From NCBI GenBank assembly GCA_965215015.1, contig OZ244042.1:4544001-4608000 (forward strand): a DNA stretch of 64,000 bases, written 5' to 3'. The number at the start of each line of letters is the position of its first letter. The first letter of the stretch is position 1. The notes under the pieces are model-generated. The model worked only from the letters and a program-made list of their open reading frames with translations. It searched no databases and was not told the origin of the DNA. Of the stretch, positions 40,443 to 50,448 are shown one piece after another. The stretch comes from Candidatus Poribacteria bacterium. Its GTDB lineage: Bacteria; Poribacteria; WGA-4E; PCPOR2b. Both the position numbers and the translations under genes were made by a program.

Positions 40443-40598
40443 CGCTCATGTTAAGAAATCGTGCAACAGAAAACGAGTCTTTCCGAAAAAAAACTCGGGG
40501 GCAAATACCAATCGTGTTGGACGCTGGTGTTTGGTAAATTGAGCCAAGACGGTTGCACGATGTTCCGGGGATTTTTGCACACTCTTTTGACATGAACC
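40443..40598. mobile_element. MITE (GGYTCATGTTAAGAAA family), copy 3, upstream of trpB
   Basis: GCTCATGTTAAGAAA ... TCTTTTGACATGAACC; interior closely similar to 61174-61332. Confidence 0.7.
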
Positions 40599-40648
40599 TC
40601 AATTTTATTAGGGGATAAATAGTTACTGGTTTTTAATAGAACGCTTGG

Positions 40649-41052
40649 ACGCCCCCCTCAGTCCCGAATACCCACACGGTATCTCTTCCCCCTGCTTGCG
40701 GGGGGATTGAGGGGGGTAGGCTCAATGAGCCAGGAACTGACGGACAACCCACCGGGTATTTAGCAGGGGGAAGGGGAATGCAAAGAAAAGAAGACGAGAA
40801 AGCGAGAGCACCGGCTTCCCCTTCGTCAGGAAAGGTTCCGGTTTCATTTCTTCGTCTCTCTCCCGATGAAACCGTGAATCCATGATGCCGTAAGCATTCC
40901 CTTGGGAGAGCAACCGAAGCGGGACTGGACCCCTTTAGGCCTCCCGCTTGCCCCTCCCCCTGCTTGCGGGGGGACTAGGGTTGTTGATATTTATCTGAAT
41001 AAACCTCACGGGCTTACCCCTCCCCCTGCTTGCGGGGGGACCGAGGGGGGTA
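40649..41052. repeat. composite GC-rich repeat cluster
   Basis: Three CCCCCTGCTTGCGGGGGGA units (about 40688, 40956, 41022); TGAGCCAGGAACTGAC.GACAACCCAC.GG..ATTTAGCAGG shared with 46691-46732. Confidence 0.75.
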
Positions 41053-41062
41053 ATGCGTTTTA

Positions 41063-43396
41063 TTATGCCAAGCCGCGTCGTTTGCGTAAAAACCACTCTA
41101 GCCCCAAAAGCAGAATGACGCTTCCGAAAATGAGCGGCATATCCCAAATCTCTTCGTCAACGAGGCGCGACGTTGCACTCTCAACCAAGGGGATATGGTT
41201 CACCATCTGGGATGCATCTTCGAGGGTATAATACTTGCCACCGCTGGTGTTAGCGAGCGTTTGCAGCAATTGTGCATTAAGTTCTGCGTTTGTGAATTCA
41301 GCGTAAGATTCGGCAACTTCAAAGAGGCCGCTCTGCTCACCCAGACTTGTACCGCCTAACATGCCAACCAAAGTAACCCGATACTCGCCGCGCCGAGGCG
41401 GGATAAATCGCCCCGTATATAGCCCGTCCTGCCCAAGTACCTGCTCAAGTGAAATCTCCCGTTTTCTGCCATTTTCGTCTGTGATGATGGCACGGATTTT
41501 CGCTTGATTGGTCAATTCAAATTGGTGATTATAAGCAGTTGCGTTAATGATCACCGCTTCCTTCAGGGCATAAGCGGTTTTTGGGATATTCAGCTTGAGC
41601 TGATCTTTCTGGACGGTTGTCAACCACTTCGCTGTCTGACGCCAGAAGCGTTCATGGCTATCATCTTCATATGGCATGTGCATCTGCCAGTTCCACGAAC
41701 TCAGAGGTGTAAAAACCATACCCCGACCGGCATTGTAGTTGTGGGTTGCGATGAGGATACGATTGCCAAATTCATTGCTGTCCGTGGGATGCACAGCGAG
41801 AACTGTCGCGCCTGCTTTGGCTCGCCGCACCCGGCTATAACTAGATAAGGTCAATTGTTCCCAACGCATCACGTTCTCGCGCGGTTCGTCCGCCAGAGCC
41901 ATCAACGGATCTATCTTCCCTTCAGCAGTCAATTGTAAAGTATCTTCCGCAGTCGAGGGCTGCCGATCTCGTCGGGGAGGGATTGTAAACCGGCGTATCG
42001 GTGGGGTTGGAGACGGTGGTGCCCCTAACTCAAGTTCGACCGGGAGAACCTGTGCAATCGGTGTATTAATATAGGAATCCTCTATATTGTGATTGCCCAG
42101 CGAATGTGCTCCACCAAGCATCAGAAATCCACCCCCCCGTGTGCGAACGAATTCAACCGTATTTTCAAGTTGTTGTCTTGTAAATTTTGATGACCCTATA
42201 TTTCCAAAGATAATTGCATCATAATCAAAGAGCACCTCTTTTGAGGTTGGATACAGGTCAAATTGATGCCCGGTGGCACTGCTCGCTCCTCCGATACTGG
42301 TATCAGAGGTGACGTATCTAACTGTCAATTGGATATTTGGATCGTTCTCCAAGGCACGCCTGATGTATTTAAATTCCCAACGAGCTAGACCCTCAACATA
42401 TAAAATCTTAACGCGCTTACTAGGTGCGACCTTTAACAGAAACTTCTTGGTATTGTTTTGTGGAACAGCCTCGTCAATTTCGGTTGGAATTTCCACCACG
42501 TACTTCTGCGTCCCCGGATTTCGTGGAATAAACTTGATCCGTACGCGGCGGGTGGGACGTTCTTCGTTGAGATTGACGTTGAACGTTTTGACGACACGGT
42601 TTTCATCCCTGAGTCTCAGCGTCACTTCCCGTGGGTTGTAGCCTTTGCGGCGGATGGTCGCCCAGATTTCAACAGGAAAATCCTCTTCTGCCTTTCGTGG
42701 GGCATCAACTTTCAACACCTCAATATCTTTAACCCCTTCCGGTGAACCGATCCCGACCGTATGAACTGGCACCTTGCGATCGCGCAACCGAAACGCAAGT
42801 TTGGTGATATCTTCGCCACTCGCATCTGCGCCATCGGAGAATATCACGACGCCCGACAGCGGCACCCCTTGCAGATTGTCTAATGTCTCATTCAGCGCAG
42901 CGGGGATATTCGTGGTTTCACCGTTTGCTTCGCTCAACGCAACGGGAGTCATCCGTTTGGGAACCGCAGCGAAGGAGAAAAGGCGTGTTTTGAATTTCTC
43001 ATTGAGCGAATTGAGTATCCCGCCTTCAGGATTAAAGAGCAGATTGTTTACGCTGCTCAGACGAGATTCCTGATCCACGGAATCGGTCACCTGCATACTT
43101 TTTGACTCATCCACTAGCACCGCGAGATAGGAGTCGTCCGGGCTGGTTTGGTAGACCGTCACAAAAGGCTTGAGCAGACAGAACGCTAACCCGCAGAGCG
43201 CGAGGGCTCGGAGGAAGATAAGAAAGCCGCGGAATCCCTGATGTGTCCGTCCCCGGGTCGTTCGATACGCCCAGATTGCCCCCGCAATCAAGCCCACGAA
43301 GATAAGAAATAGAATAAGCCCCGGCAGGCGAATCCCGAAATAGAAATCCCCCTGACGGAAGATGTCAATTGGATATTTTAGTAGTTGTTCAAACAT
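41063..43396 (-). CDS. membrane protein with vWA (MIDAS) and class I glutamine amidotransferase-like domains
   Basis: Two N-terminal TMs, LVDESKSM, FSDG, KILYVEG, GGGFLMLGG, C-terminal TM ending EWFLRKRRGLA. Confidence 0.8.
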   Translation of the reverse strand: MFEQLLKYPIDIFRQGDFYFGIRLPGLILFLIFVGLIAGAIWAYRTTRGRTHQGFRGFLIFLRALALCGLAFCLLKPFVTVYQTSPDDSYLAVLVDESKSMQVTDSVDQESRLSSVNNLLFNPEGGILNSLNEKFKTRLFSFAAVPKRMTPVALSEANGETTNIPAALNETLDNLQGVPLSGVVIFSDGADASGEDITKLAFRLRDRKVPVHTVGIGSPEGVKDIEVLKVDAPRKAEEDFPVEIWATIRRKGYNPREVTLRLRDENRVVKTFNVNLNEERPTRRVRIKFIPRNPGTQKYVVEIPTEIDEAVPQNNTKKFLLKVAPSKRVKILYVEGLARWEFKYIRRALENDPNIQLTVRYVTSDTSIGGASSATGHQFDLYPTSKEVLFDYDAIIFGNIGSSKFTRQQLENTVEFVRTRGGGFLMLGGAHSLGNHNIEDSYINTPIAQVLPVELELGAPPSPTPPIRRFTIPPRRDRQPSTAEDTLQLTAEGKIDPLMALADEPRENVMRWEQLTLSSYSRVRRAKAGATVLAVHPTDSNEFGNRILIATHNYNAGRGMVFTPLSSWNWQMHMPYEDDSHERFWRQTAKWLTTVQKDQLKLNIPKTAYALKEAVIINATAYNHQFELTNQAKIRAIITDENGRKREISLEQVLGQDGLYTGRFIPPRRGEYRVTLVGMLGGTSLGEQSGLFEVAESYAEFTNAELNAQLLQTLANTSGGKYYTLEDASQMVNHIPLVESATSRLVDEEIWDMPLIFGSVILLLGLEWFLRKRRGLA

Positions 43397-46396
43397 CTAA
43401 AACTCCTTGCCGCGTCCCAAAAACGCCAATTCGTGCCGAAGTCGTTGGGGGTCTTTGCAAACGTGGAAATCCCATTTTCCAAGATCTCCCCAATTATTGA
43501 CTGCGGATACCCACCGCTTCGCCCCCGCGTGTTTGGCGCGGTCTTGCTCGGTTTCAAAACCCTTAATTTCTAGAATCAAGTGGACACCGTTCTTAAGTCG
43601 GACGATAAAATCCGGTTCATAGCTGTGAGGAACGCCGGTATACTCATACGGAATGCTGAACCCCAGATGATCATTCCGAACATAGTACGCCACCGCCTCG
43701 GATTGCTCCAGCCAAAAACAGGCGGAACGCTCCCACCTCTGGGTATCTAGCACCGCTTGATTAATTTGGCTCCGATGTGTTCCGTGACAGGGGCGCGTGG
43801 TCATAAAGTCCACCTCTGATGATGTGCCGATTGGCTTGTAGCGGTTCAGGATGGGTAGTAGCGGGGATTCACCGTCCGTTTCAGTGGGGTGAATTGCTGT
43901 TAGAAGCCGCTCAACGATACGAGTTACATATTTCTCTTGCCCGAGTTCACGTCGGTCACACCCGCTAAAATCCACCTTTTTTTCAACGTAGGTATCAATT
44001 AGACGAAACACTTGAGGAAATAGCCGATGTCGAGATTGCATCCGGAGATTGGGATTGCCCTCTGAATTGGGTTGATTTACCGGATCGCCGACCAGTGCTG
44101 TAACAATCCGACGGGCGATCTCAAACTTGATATGTTGAATGTGGGTTGCTTCGTAATATGCCGTGCGGTTCTGCTCAACGAAATCCCCGGGACCTAAGAT
44201 AGTTGGTGCACCGATTTCGTAGCCGGATGCCGGTTTGACAAAAACAGCAGTCGGTGTGTGTTCCGGTTCAAGTTTGAGCGGTGTCATTGAGTGAATGTCT
44301 GCACTAATTTCGTCCTTTTTCAGGGCGAAGGCGTATCCTTCAACGACGGGAAATCTTATCTCAAAATCCGCCCGCTCCGGCATCGCACGGACGTGGTTTT
44401 TCGGTTTGTCGTCGGGCTCATGTTGGTTCGTGGGGCGGCCCTTGAACGGGATTACAGAAAATGGGATGCCGTATACATCCACATATTCCTCGGTCAGCAA
44501 CCCGGTTTCTGGGTCTGGCGTGTAATTCATACGCCGCAATCCACGCCCAACCACCTGCTCACAAAGTAACTGGCTGCTGAAGGCACGTAGTCCCAGAATA
44601 TGGGTGACGTTATTCGCGTCCCATCCCTCGTTCAGCATCGCCACAGAGACGACGCATCGGATCTGTTCGCCGGGCTGCCCCGATTTCCCAATTGTTGCGA
44701 CAACCCGACGCAAATCCTCTGCCGCTTGCGTCCTGTTCTTTTGAGGGTCTTCGCTTTCCGCTTCTGCCAACATTTTGCTGTCAATTCGCAAGGTGTGTGA
44801 ATTGCTTTCCGTGTTCGACAGCATATCGGGAAATACCTGCCCTTGTCCGTAGACAGTTTGGGTCTGTTTTTTCTTTTTTCCTTTTCCTCGATTGCGGTCA
44901 ACCGTAGGGGATGCCCCTACATCAGACTCAACGACCTCCTCGCCGGAGATTTTTTTAAAGAAGTGCGCTGCGATATTGGTGTTGTCGCAGACAATGATCA
45001 TCACAGGGGGCGTTTTCTCTTGGGCGTCCGACGCCTGTTGGATGTATTCAAAGCGTTCTTTCCACTGGCTAGCGAGGGTGTTAAGTGCGTCTTCCGCCTC
45101 ACGATAGACGGCCTCCGGTTTCGGCTTTTTGCCCGGCAATCGATCCGCTGGCAGGATCTCCGCTTGAATCGCCTCCCAAAGTCGGAAGAATTTCGGTTCG
45201 GGTCTACCCGTCGTATCGCTCACCGGCAATCGGGGAATCTTCGTGATGCCGCTCTCGATTGCGTCCACCAACCCGAAATCGCTGACGAGCCACGGGAAGG
45301 GGGAGCCCTCCGGATGACCGCTGCCTGCAATATAGAAAGGCGTAGCGGAGAGATCGACACAAAAACGGACACCGCACGCTTGATTAATCGTGTCCAAGCC
45401 GCTAATCCAGACGGTGGCTGCTTCGCGTTCCTTTTTGGCATCGGCGGATAGCCTTCCCTCAGCAGATGCGGGGCGGTAGGCGTGATGCCCTTCATCGTTC
45501 AGCACCATGATGGGGGCGCGTTCATGCAGCTCGCCCAATACACGCTTGGCAAAGGCGTCCGGTGTCTCCTCACCTTTGTCCACGACCGCGTAGCTTTGAC
45601 CGCCTTCACTGTGCGCGGACTCCGGAGCGAATTGATGCCAGTTGGTCACAAGCACCTTCCCTTTATTAAGCAACGGGCGGAGCTTGGTCGGGATGAGTTC
45701 AAACGCATCATAATAGTTGTCCGGGGATGCGGGTCGCAAGACCTGAAGCCGTTCTTTGATAGTCAGATTTGGACAAACAATCAGGGCTGCTGCCGGAAAA
45801 CGCTCATCGGAAGGGACTTTCCCGCGATTGCAGAACGCCCACGCAATTAGCATCGCCATCACCACTGTCTTGCCGCTGCCGGTCGCCATTTTGCAGCCGT
45901 AACGGATTAGGTCCGGGATATCGGGGATGTTGGGAGGGTCAACCAATTTAGCGAGATCTGCATCTGTAAATTGGGGGTTGAATCCAATCCGCCTGTTCGC
46001 CCGGAGAATCTCCGCAATGTATATGATTGTTTCAACCGCTTCGCGCTGGCAGAAAAAGAGGCGGCGTTCCTTATCCTCTCGCGTCCAGTGGCGCAGCAGC
46101 TCCCGCGTCACACTGGTTGCGTTCCGGTAATTCGCTGCTCGCCATCTCCTGACATCACCGCGCAGCGCGTTCACCAGCGGCAGGTCATCCCGTTCTTCCT
46201 CTTGAAAGAGTTGGAGTTGTCCGCTGCCTGTGCGTTGCGTTTTGTACCAGTACCCAGCCTCGCGCCTGCCCGGTTGCTTGACCGCTTCCCCGGTGTCGGT
46301 ATCGTAAACCCAATGTGCGTCCGGTTCTTCGTACGGTTTGCACAGGATAGGACGTTCAACGGGTTGGATTGGGATTTCAAGTTGGTCTGTATTCAT
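43397..46396 (-). CDS. res: Type III restriction-modification Res subunit (SF2 helicase plus PD-(D/E)xK nuclease)
   Basis: FFCQREAVE, MATGSGKT, NDEGHH, LSATP, MLNEGWD, QVVGRGLRR, YEPDF...LEIKG. Confidence 0.92.
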   Translation of the reverse strand: MNTDQLEIPIQPVERPILCKPYEEPDAHWVYDTDTGEAVKQPGRREAGYWYKTQRTGSGQLQLFQEEERDDLPLVNALRGDVRRWRAANYRNATSVTRELLRHWTREDKERRLFFCQREAVETIIYIAEILRANRRIGFNPQFTDADLAKLVDPPNIPDIPDLIRYGCKMATGSGKTVVMAMLIAWAFCNRGKVPSDERFPAAALIVCPNLTIKERLQVLRPASPDNYYDAFELIPTKLRPLLNKGKVLVTNWHQFAPESAHSEGGQSYAVVDKGEETPDAFAKRVLGELHERAPIMVLNDEGHHAYRPASAEGRLSADAKKEREAATVWISGLDTINQACGVRFCVDLSATPFYIAGSGHPEGSPFPWLVSDFGLVDAIESGITKIPRLPVSDTTGRPEPKFFRLWEAIQAEILPADRLPGKKPKPEAVYREAEDALNTLASQWKERFEYIQQASDAQEKTPPVMIIVCDNTNIAAHFFKKISGEEVVESDVGASPTVDRNRGKGKKKKQTQTVYGQGQVFPDMLSNTESNSHTLRIDSKMLAEAESEDPQKNRTQAAEDLRRVVATIGKSGQPGEQIRCVVSVAMLNEGWDANNVTHILGLRAFSSQLLCEQVVGRGLRRMNYTPDPETGLLTEEYVDVYGIPFSVIPFKGRPTNQHEPDDKPKNHVRAMPERADFEIRFPVVEGYAFALKKDEISADIHSMTPLKLEPEHTPTAVFVKPASGYEIGAPTILGPGDFVEQNRTAYYEATHIQHIKFEIARRIVTALVGDPVNQPNSEGNPNLRMQSRHRLFPQVFRLIDTYVEKKVDFSGCDRRELGQEKYVTRIVERLLTAIHPTETDGESPLLPILNRYKPIGTSSEVDFMTTRPCHGTHRSQINQAVLDTQRWERSACFWLEQSEAVAYYVRNDHLGFSIPYEYTGVPHSYEPDFIVRLKNGVHLILEIKGFETEQDRAKHAGAKRWVSAVNNWGDLGKWDFHVCKDPQRLRHELAFLGRGKEF

Positions 46397-46530
46397 GCAG
46401 GTTCCTTATTCGTCGGTTAATTGTCGTGGTTCTTACTGATTTTCTGCCTCCGTATCGTATGTATGAAGTATGGTCGGATTTAGAAAGTGTCTGACGGGTT
46501 ATTGGATTTCGCGGATTTTTTATGAGAATG

Positions 46531-46830
46531 CGGCATACGGCTTATGCCGTAATACCCCTTCCCCCGCCAAGAACCCAAGACCCCCCTCGGTCCCCCCGCA
46601 AGCAGGGGGAAGAGCGCAAGCGGGGACGCAACCCGGTGGCGTGTCCCCCCTCTATCCCGAATACCCACACGGTATCAGAACGTTCTAGGCTGAGCCAGGA
46701 ACTGACAGACAACCCACAGGGGATTTAGCAGGAGGAGGGGACGCGGAGCGTACCTACTACTGTCAGATGAACTGTAGTCGCCCGATTCATCAGGCGTTGA
46801 GAGCAGGTTCACCGGCAATGAATTACCGAG
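46531..46830. repeat. composite repeat cluster between mod and res
   Basis: Units shared with 3867-3972, 7763-7845 and 40649-40770. Confidence 0.7.
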
Positions 46831-46883
46831 GATACCCTGACTCTAGCCCAATACCAGACACCATTACCCCACAAAATACTATT

Positions 46884-46929
46884 ATCCTGAAAATCCTTTC
46901 ATCCTGAGAATCCTGATTCTGACAATCCC
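46884..46929. repeat. short tandem repeat (ATCCTGA.. 8-9-mer units)
   Basis: ATCCTGAAA ATCCTTTC ATCCTGAGA ATCCTGATT CTGACAATCC just downstream of the mod stop. Confidence 0.6.
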
Positions 46930-46937
46930 GGGGCAAA

Positions 46938-49910
46938 TCAGTACCCTCGCTTACCTAAATCGTGCACCCGCATCACCTCATTCCCACGAGGGTCAATTAC
47001 CTTGATCGCGACGCGGTGGTGTTCCCCCGCAGGGAATGGCAGCGATTCGGTCCCACTAAACTTCTCAAAACGTTCTGTGTCAATTACACCTTTGAGTGCC
47101 CTCGCTATCTTGTTCCACGCCTTTTTGTCGGGGAAAAACGCTTGGGTGATGCAGAAGGTACGACCATCGTAATCACTGTCAATGAACCATGCTGCCACCT
47201 TGTCACTGCCTGCGGAGCTCACCATGTTCTCCACGGGATTGTAGATATCCACCCCCTCCATCTTGACAATATATTCCTCGTCTTTTGTCATTTCGATTTC
47301 AGTGCGCGGTGCCCCAAACACAGTGAACAGTTGGCTGGAGGGGGTTTCCTTGAGTAGATCCCCCATCGTTACATCAGGATTAATGTGCGCCATGTGGATG
47401 CGAACCCTTGGATGCGGATCGGCTTGGAGGGTCGCTTGCGCTGCCCCGTCGAAACTGAAGCCTGCAAAAATTAGCTGATTGTACCCGCGTTGGGATGCAA
47501 TAGGTAAGCACGCCTCAACCTGCGTTGTCGTCACAGGCCCGTGCTGCGGTCCAAATACCACCGCCACATTCCGCTCCTCATCATTGCCTTCCCAACTCCC
47601 TTCGGCGTGAAGAATATCCTCCTCAAGTGGATCGAGTGCCGCGAATTTCATTTTCTGATTATCAGGGAAGCGCACCCCGTCATTTCGCAATAAACGAATC
47701 ATTTGATCGAGATACGCTTCGGCGTTGGCGGGTTCACCGGCAACGCCATCAGACTCAAATGCGTCCAAATCTTCCTCCGGTTCGCCCCCGATGGGCGAAT
47801 CGAAGCCGAGCGATGCTTCCGCGGGCTGCACCGCCTCCACTGTGAAGGGGCCACTTACCCGCAGCTTCTTCCTATCCACCTCCGGCTGATCGACCAATTC
47901 CTCACTGTCAGCAGATGCGGCAATGCAGCCGTTCACCGCTTCCATCTTTGCCCGAAACGCCTCACGATAATCGGTTAATGCTTCACGCAACGCGTCGGGC
48001 CAATCGGGATCGGTGTCAAAGGGCACCTCCCACTCCTGCCACGCCCCATTTGGAAGTTGCCAGCGTCGTCGATCCGTATCCGTTATAGATCTTTTCCCCT
48101 CACGCCGCTCTTTTTCAGCAAGTTTGGAAAGCAATTTAGTCCGAAGCTCTGGCGTAACTCCCGCTAGGGCAAGGTTGAGGGTTTCTAACTTTTCCGCCAG
48201 AATCGGCTCATATTTCGCAAAGATGGGATCCAGAGCGGTATTTTGAGCGATGCTTCTGAGGGTAATGTGCGGAACCGTTTTGTTGACAAAACCGCCTGCA
48301 ACCCCTTCCGATGCGTCGTTGAGTTGGTAGTAGTCGAAGGTCCCTGTCAGGAGGCGTTGACGCGCTAAGGCGATTGCAACCCGACTCGTATCAATGGCTA
48401 TCCACCGTCTGCCCCACTCCTCCGCGACGTCGGCGGTAGTTCCGCTTCCACAGGTGGGATCGAGGACGAGGTCCCCGGGGTCAGTGGTCATGAGGAGGCA
48501 CCGTTGAATGACTTTGGGATTAGTTTCTACAACATAGTTTTTTCCAGCGCGTCCCTGTCCGGTATCGGTCCACATGTTGGTAATGGCACGCCCTGGAAAA
48601 TCGCTAGCGTATCTAATGTAGTACAGAAGACGTCCTGTACCGGTAAGTCTTCCTTGGTATGTCAGCCGATCTAATCCTTTGCGACTTGTTCGCCAACCTG
48701 TACTACCAGGAGGCGTGAAAGACCTTCCTTGAAATTCATATTCATAGGTAGCACTGCCACTCGTCTGTGATGTTACTCGATAAGTTGCAAATCTCCGGCT
48801 TCCCTTGGGCAATATAGCCGGGTTTTCTATCTCTTCTTGTGTCATCCCACGACGGATGCCATCCGGCAATTCAACGTAAGTATAAGTTCCGAGACGCGGA
48901 TCCTGTTTGCGTTCATCTCGTTCAAACCAGAGTTGATGATATTTCATCTGCTCTTTATCTTTCGCATACCATAGGAGATAATCAAATACTGCCGCTAGTC
49001 CTGTTGCGGAAGTCATGCCGCCACGTGTCCATGTGATTGTGGAAACAAAATTTTCACTGCCAAACACCTCGTCCATGATACACCGCACCCGATGAACATT
49101 CTCGTCACTAATCTGAACAAAGATACTCCCGCTATCGGTCAATAGTTCTTTGGCAACAATCAACCGGTCCCGCAGGTAGGCGAGGTAGGAGTGGATGCCG
49201 AGGGTCCATGTATCGCGGTAGGCTTTAATCTGCTCCCGCTCGCGTGTCAAATCACCTGCTTTGTCCTTCACATCGCGTTGAAAGACCGTGGGCTGGAAGT
49301 TTGACGCGAACCTGATGCCGTAGGGTGGGTCAATGTAAATCATCTGGACCTTGCCCGCAAGGTCTTCGCGTTCTGCCAAAGAGCTCATCACGGTCAGGCT
49401 ATCACCCAAGATGAGGCGGTTCGTCCAATCCACATCGTGTTGGTAAAATTGCACCGCCTCTAGGTATTTCAGTTGTGGGTCGGCAAAGAGTTCGCGTTGG
49501 ACGTTTTCCCGCTCTGCTACCTTCACAATGGCTTTTGCACTCACGCGCTCGTGAATATGCAACGCTACTGGATCGACAGCGAACGATTTCGCTTCCTGTT
49601 TGCCCGCCCATTCGATCCATGGGTTATGGTTTTTTAACGCTGCTGCAAGGATTTGCACCTCATCGGCGGAGAGGGGAGCCCGCTGTGCTTTATAGAGCAG
49701 CTCAGGGAGTTGGTCGGCGTCGCCGTTTCCGTCGAATTGCAAGCACGGAGGCAAGTGAGGATTGTAGGCGTATACCTGCCTCGGTTGTTCGTGGACTTTC
49801 CCATGGGAGGCGATGCCCGCGGGCGGGTTGTTCGTTCGAGCGGCGGCGTCGTGCCGATAATCTTGGATTTCCGTTTCCTGTTTTTTAGTGGAGTGTCTCT
49901 TTTGCGCCAT
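46938..49910 (-). CDS. mod: Type III restriction-modification Mod subunit (beta-class amino-methyltransferase)
   Basis: NRLILGDSL, YIDPPY preceding DPTCGSGTT, C-terminal IAIKVIDPRGNE; co-oriented upstream of res; ATG 49910 after GAAGGA. Confidence 0.92.
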   Translation of the reverse strand: MAQKRHSTKKQETEIQDYRHDAAARTNNPPAGIASHGKVHEQPRQVYAYNPHLPPCLQFDGNGDADQLPELLYKAQRAPLSADEVQILAAALKNHNPWIEWAGKQEAKSFAVDPVALHIHERVSAKAIVKVAERENVQRELFADPQLKYLEAVQFYQHDVDWTNRLILGDSLTVMSSLAEREDLAGKVQMIYIDPPYGIRFASNFQPTVFQRDVKDKAGDLTREREQIKAYRDTWTLGIHSYLAYLRDRLIVAKELLTDSGSIFVQISDENVHRVRCIMDEVFGSENFVSTITWTRGGMTSATGLAAVFDYLLWYAKDKEQMKYHQLWFERDERKQDPRLGTYTYVELPDGIRRGMTQEEIENPAILPKGSRRFATYRVTSQTSGSATYEYEFQGRSFTPPGSTGWRTSRKGLDRLTYQGRLTGTGRLLYYIRYASDFPGRAITNMWTDTGQGRAGKNYVVETNPKVIQRCLLMTTDPGDLVLDPTCGSGTTADVAEEWGRRWIAIDTSRVAIALARQRLLTGTFDYYQLNDASEGVAGGFVNKTVPHITLRSIAQNTALDPIFAKYEPILAEKLETLNLALAGVTPELRTKLLSKLAEKERREGKRSITDTDRRRWQLPNGAWQEWEVPFDTDPDWPDALREALTDYREAFRAKMEAVNGCIAASADSEELVDQPEVDRKKLRVSGPFTVEAVQPAEASLGFDSPIGGEPEEDLDAFESDGVAGEPANAEAYLDQMIRLLRNDGVRFPDNQKMKFAALDPLEEDILHAEGSWEGNDEERNVAVVFGPQHGPVTTTQVEACLPIASQRGYNQLIFAGFSFDGAAQATLQADPHPRVRIHMAHINPDVTMGDLLKETPSSQLFTVFGAPRTEIEMTKDEEYIVKMEGVDIYNPVENMVSSAGSDKVAAWFIDSDYDGRTFCITQAFFPDKKAWNKIARALKGVIDTERFEKFSGTESLPFPAGEHHRVAIKVIDPRGNEVMRVHDLGKRGY

Positions 49911-49975
49911 ATCTATCTTTCCTTCTGCCAAGTTTCTGAAGTTAGGAATTTGTTACTTTTCAATATTGAGAAACG

Positions 49976-50448
49976 TTAGAACGTCCAACGTTCTCTTTCC
50001 ATGAACCCTTGGAGGTTTATGCAGTCAACCCCAAAATGCTCACAAACACATTCGGGATTTTTGCAGCGTTTGGGCTTTGCCTTTCTTCTGTGACCACACA
50101 GCCAGTCATGATCTTTGCTTTAGCAACAATAAACGGATCTGCTCGCAGATTACCAGCTAATCGATCTTTCTCGCTTACTAACATACGGAAATGTCGAACA
50201 GAAAAAATCTCTTGGACAAACTGTGTTTCCCCTGGGCCAGGAAGCAAAAAAATATCTCTGTGGTCTTCGACCCAATCAGATAAGTAGGAATAACGTGCAT
50301 AGATCTCTAGTTCTCTGTACACTTCCCTCACAGAAATTATACTCCCAACAATTACTGCTTGATTAAATTTTTCCCAAAAAGTTGGGAATTGCTTAGGATA
50401 GTAGTTACCAAGCACGCTGAAACTGTTAGTGTCAAATACGTAAGCCAT
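49976..50448 (-). pseudogene. DUF4411 (PIN-like) protein with a frameshift near the C-terminus
   Basis: YVFDTNS, FPTFW, ADPFIVAKA, VVTEE, KIPNV; conserved-looking tail CEHFGVDCINLQGFMERERWTF* continues in another frame to 49976 after an apparent 2-nt insertion near 50045. Confidence 0.75.

Noticed and set aside
40722-40913. trp attenuator leader peptide upstream of trpB
   Set aside because: Only one Trp codon, lies in repeat-derived DNA, and no terminator/antiterminator pattern is evident.
46938-49910. Phase-variable mod with simple sequence repeats
   Set aside because: No SSR tract seen in the coding region; the short tandem repeat lies beyond the stop codon.
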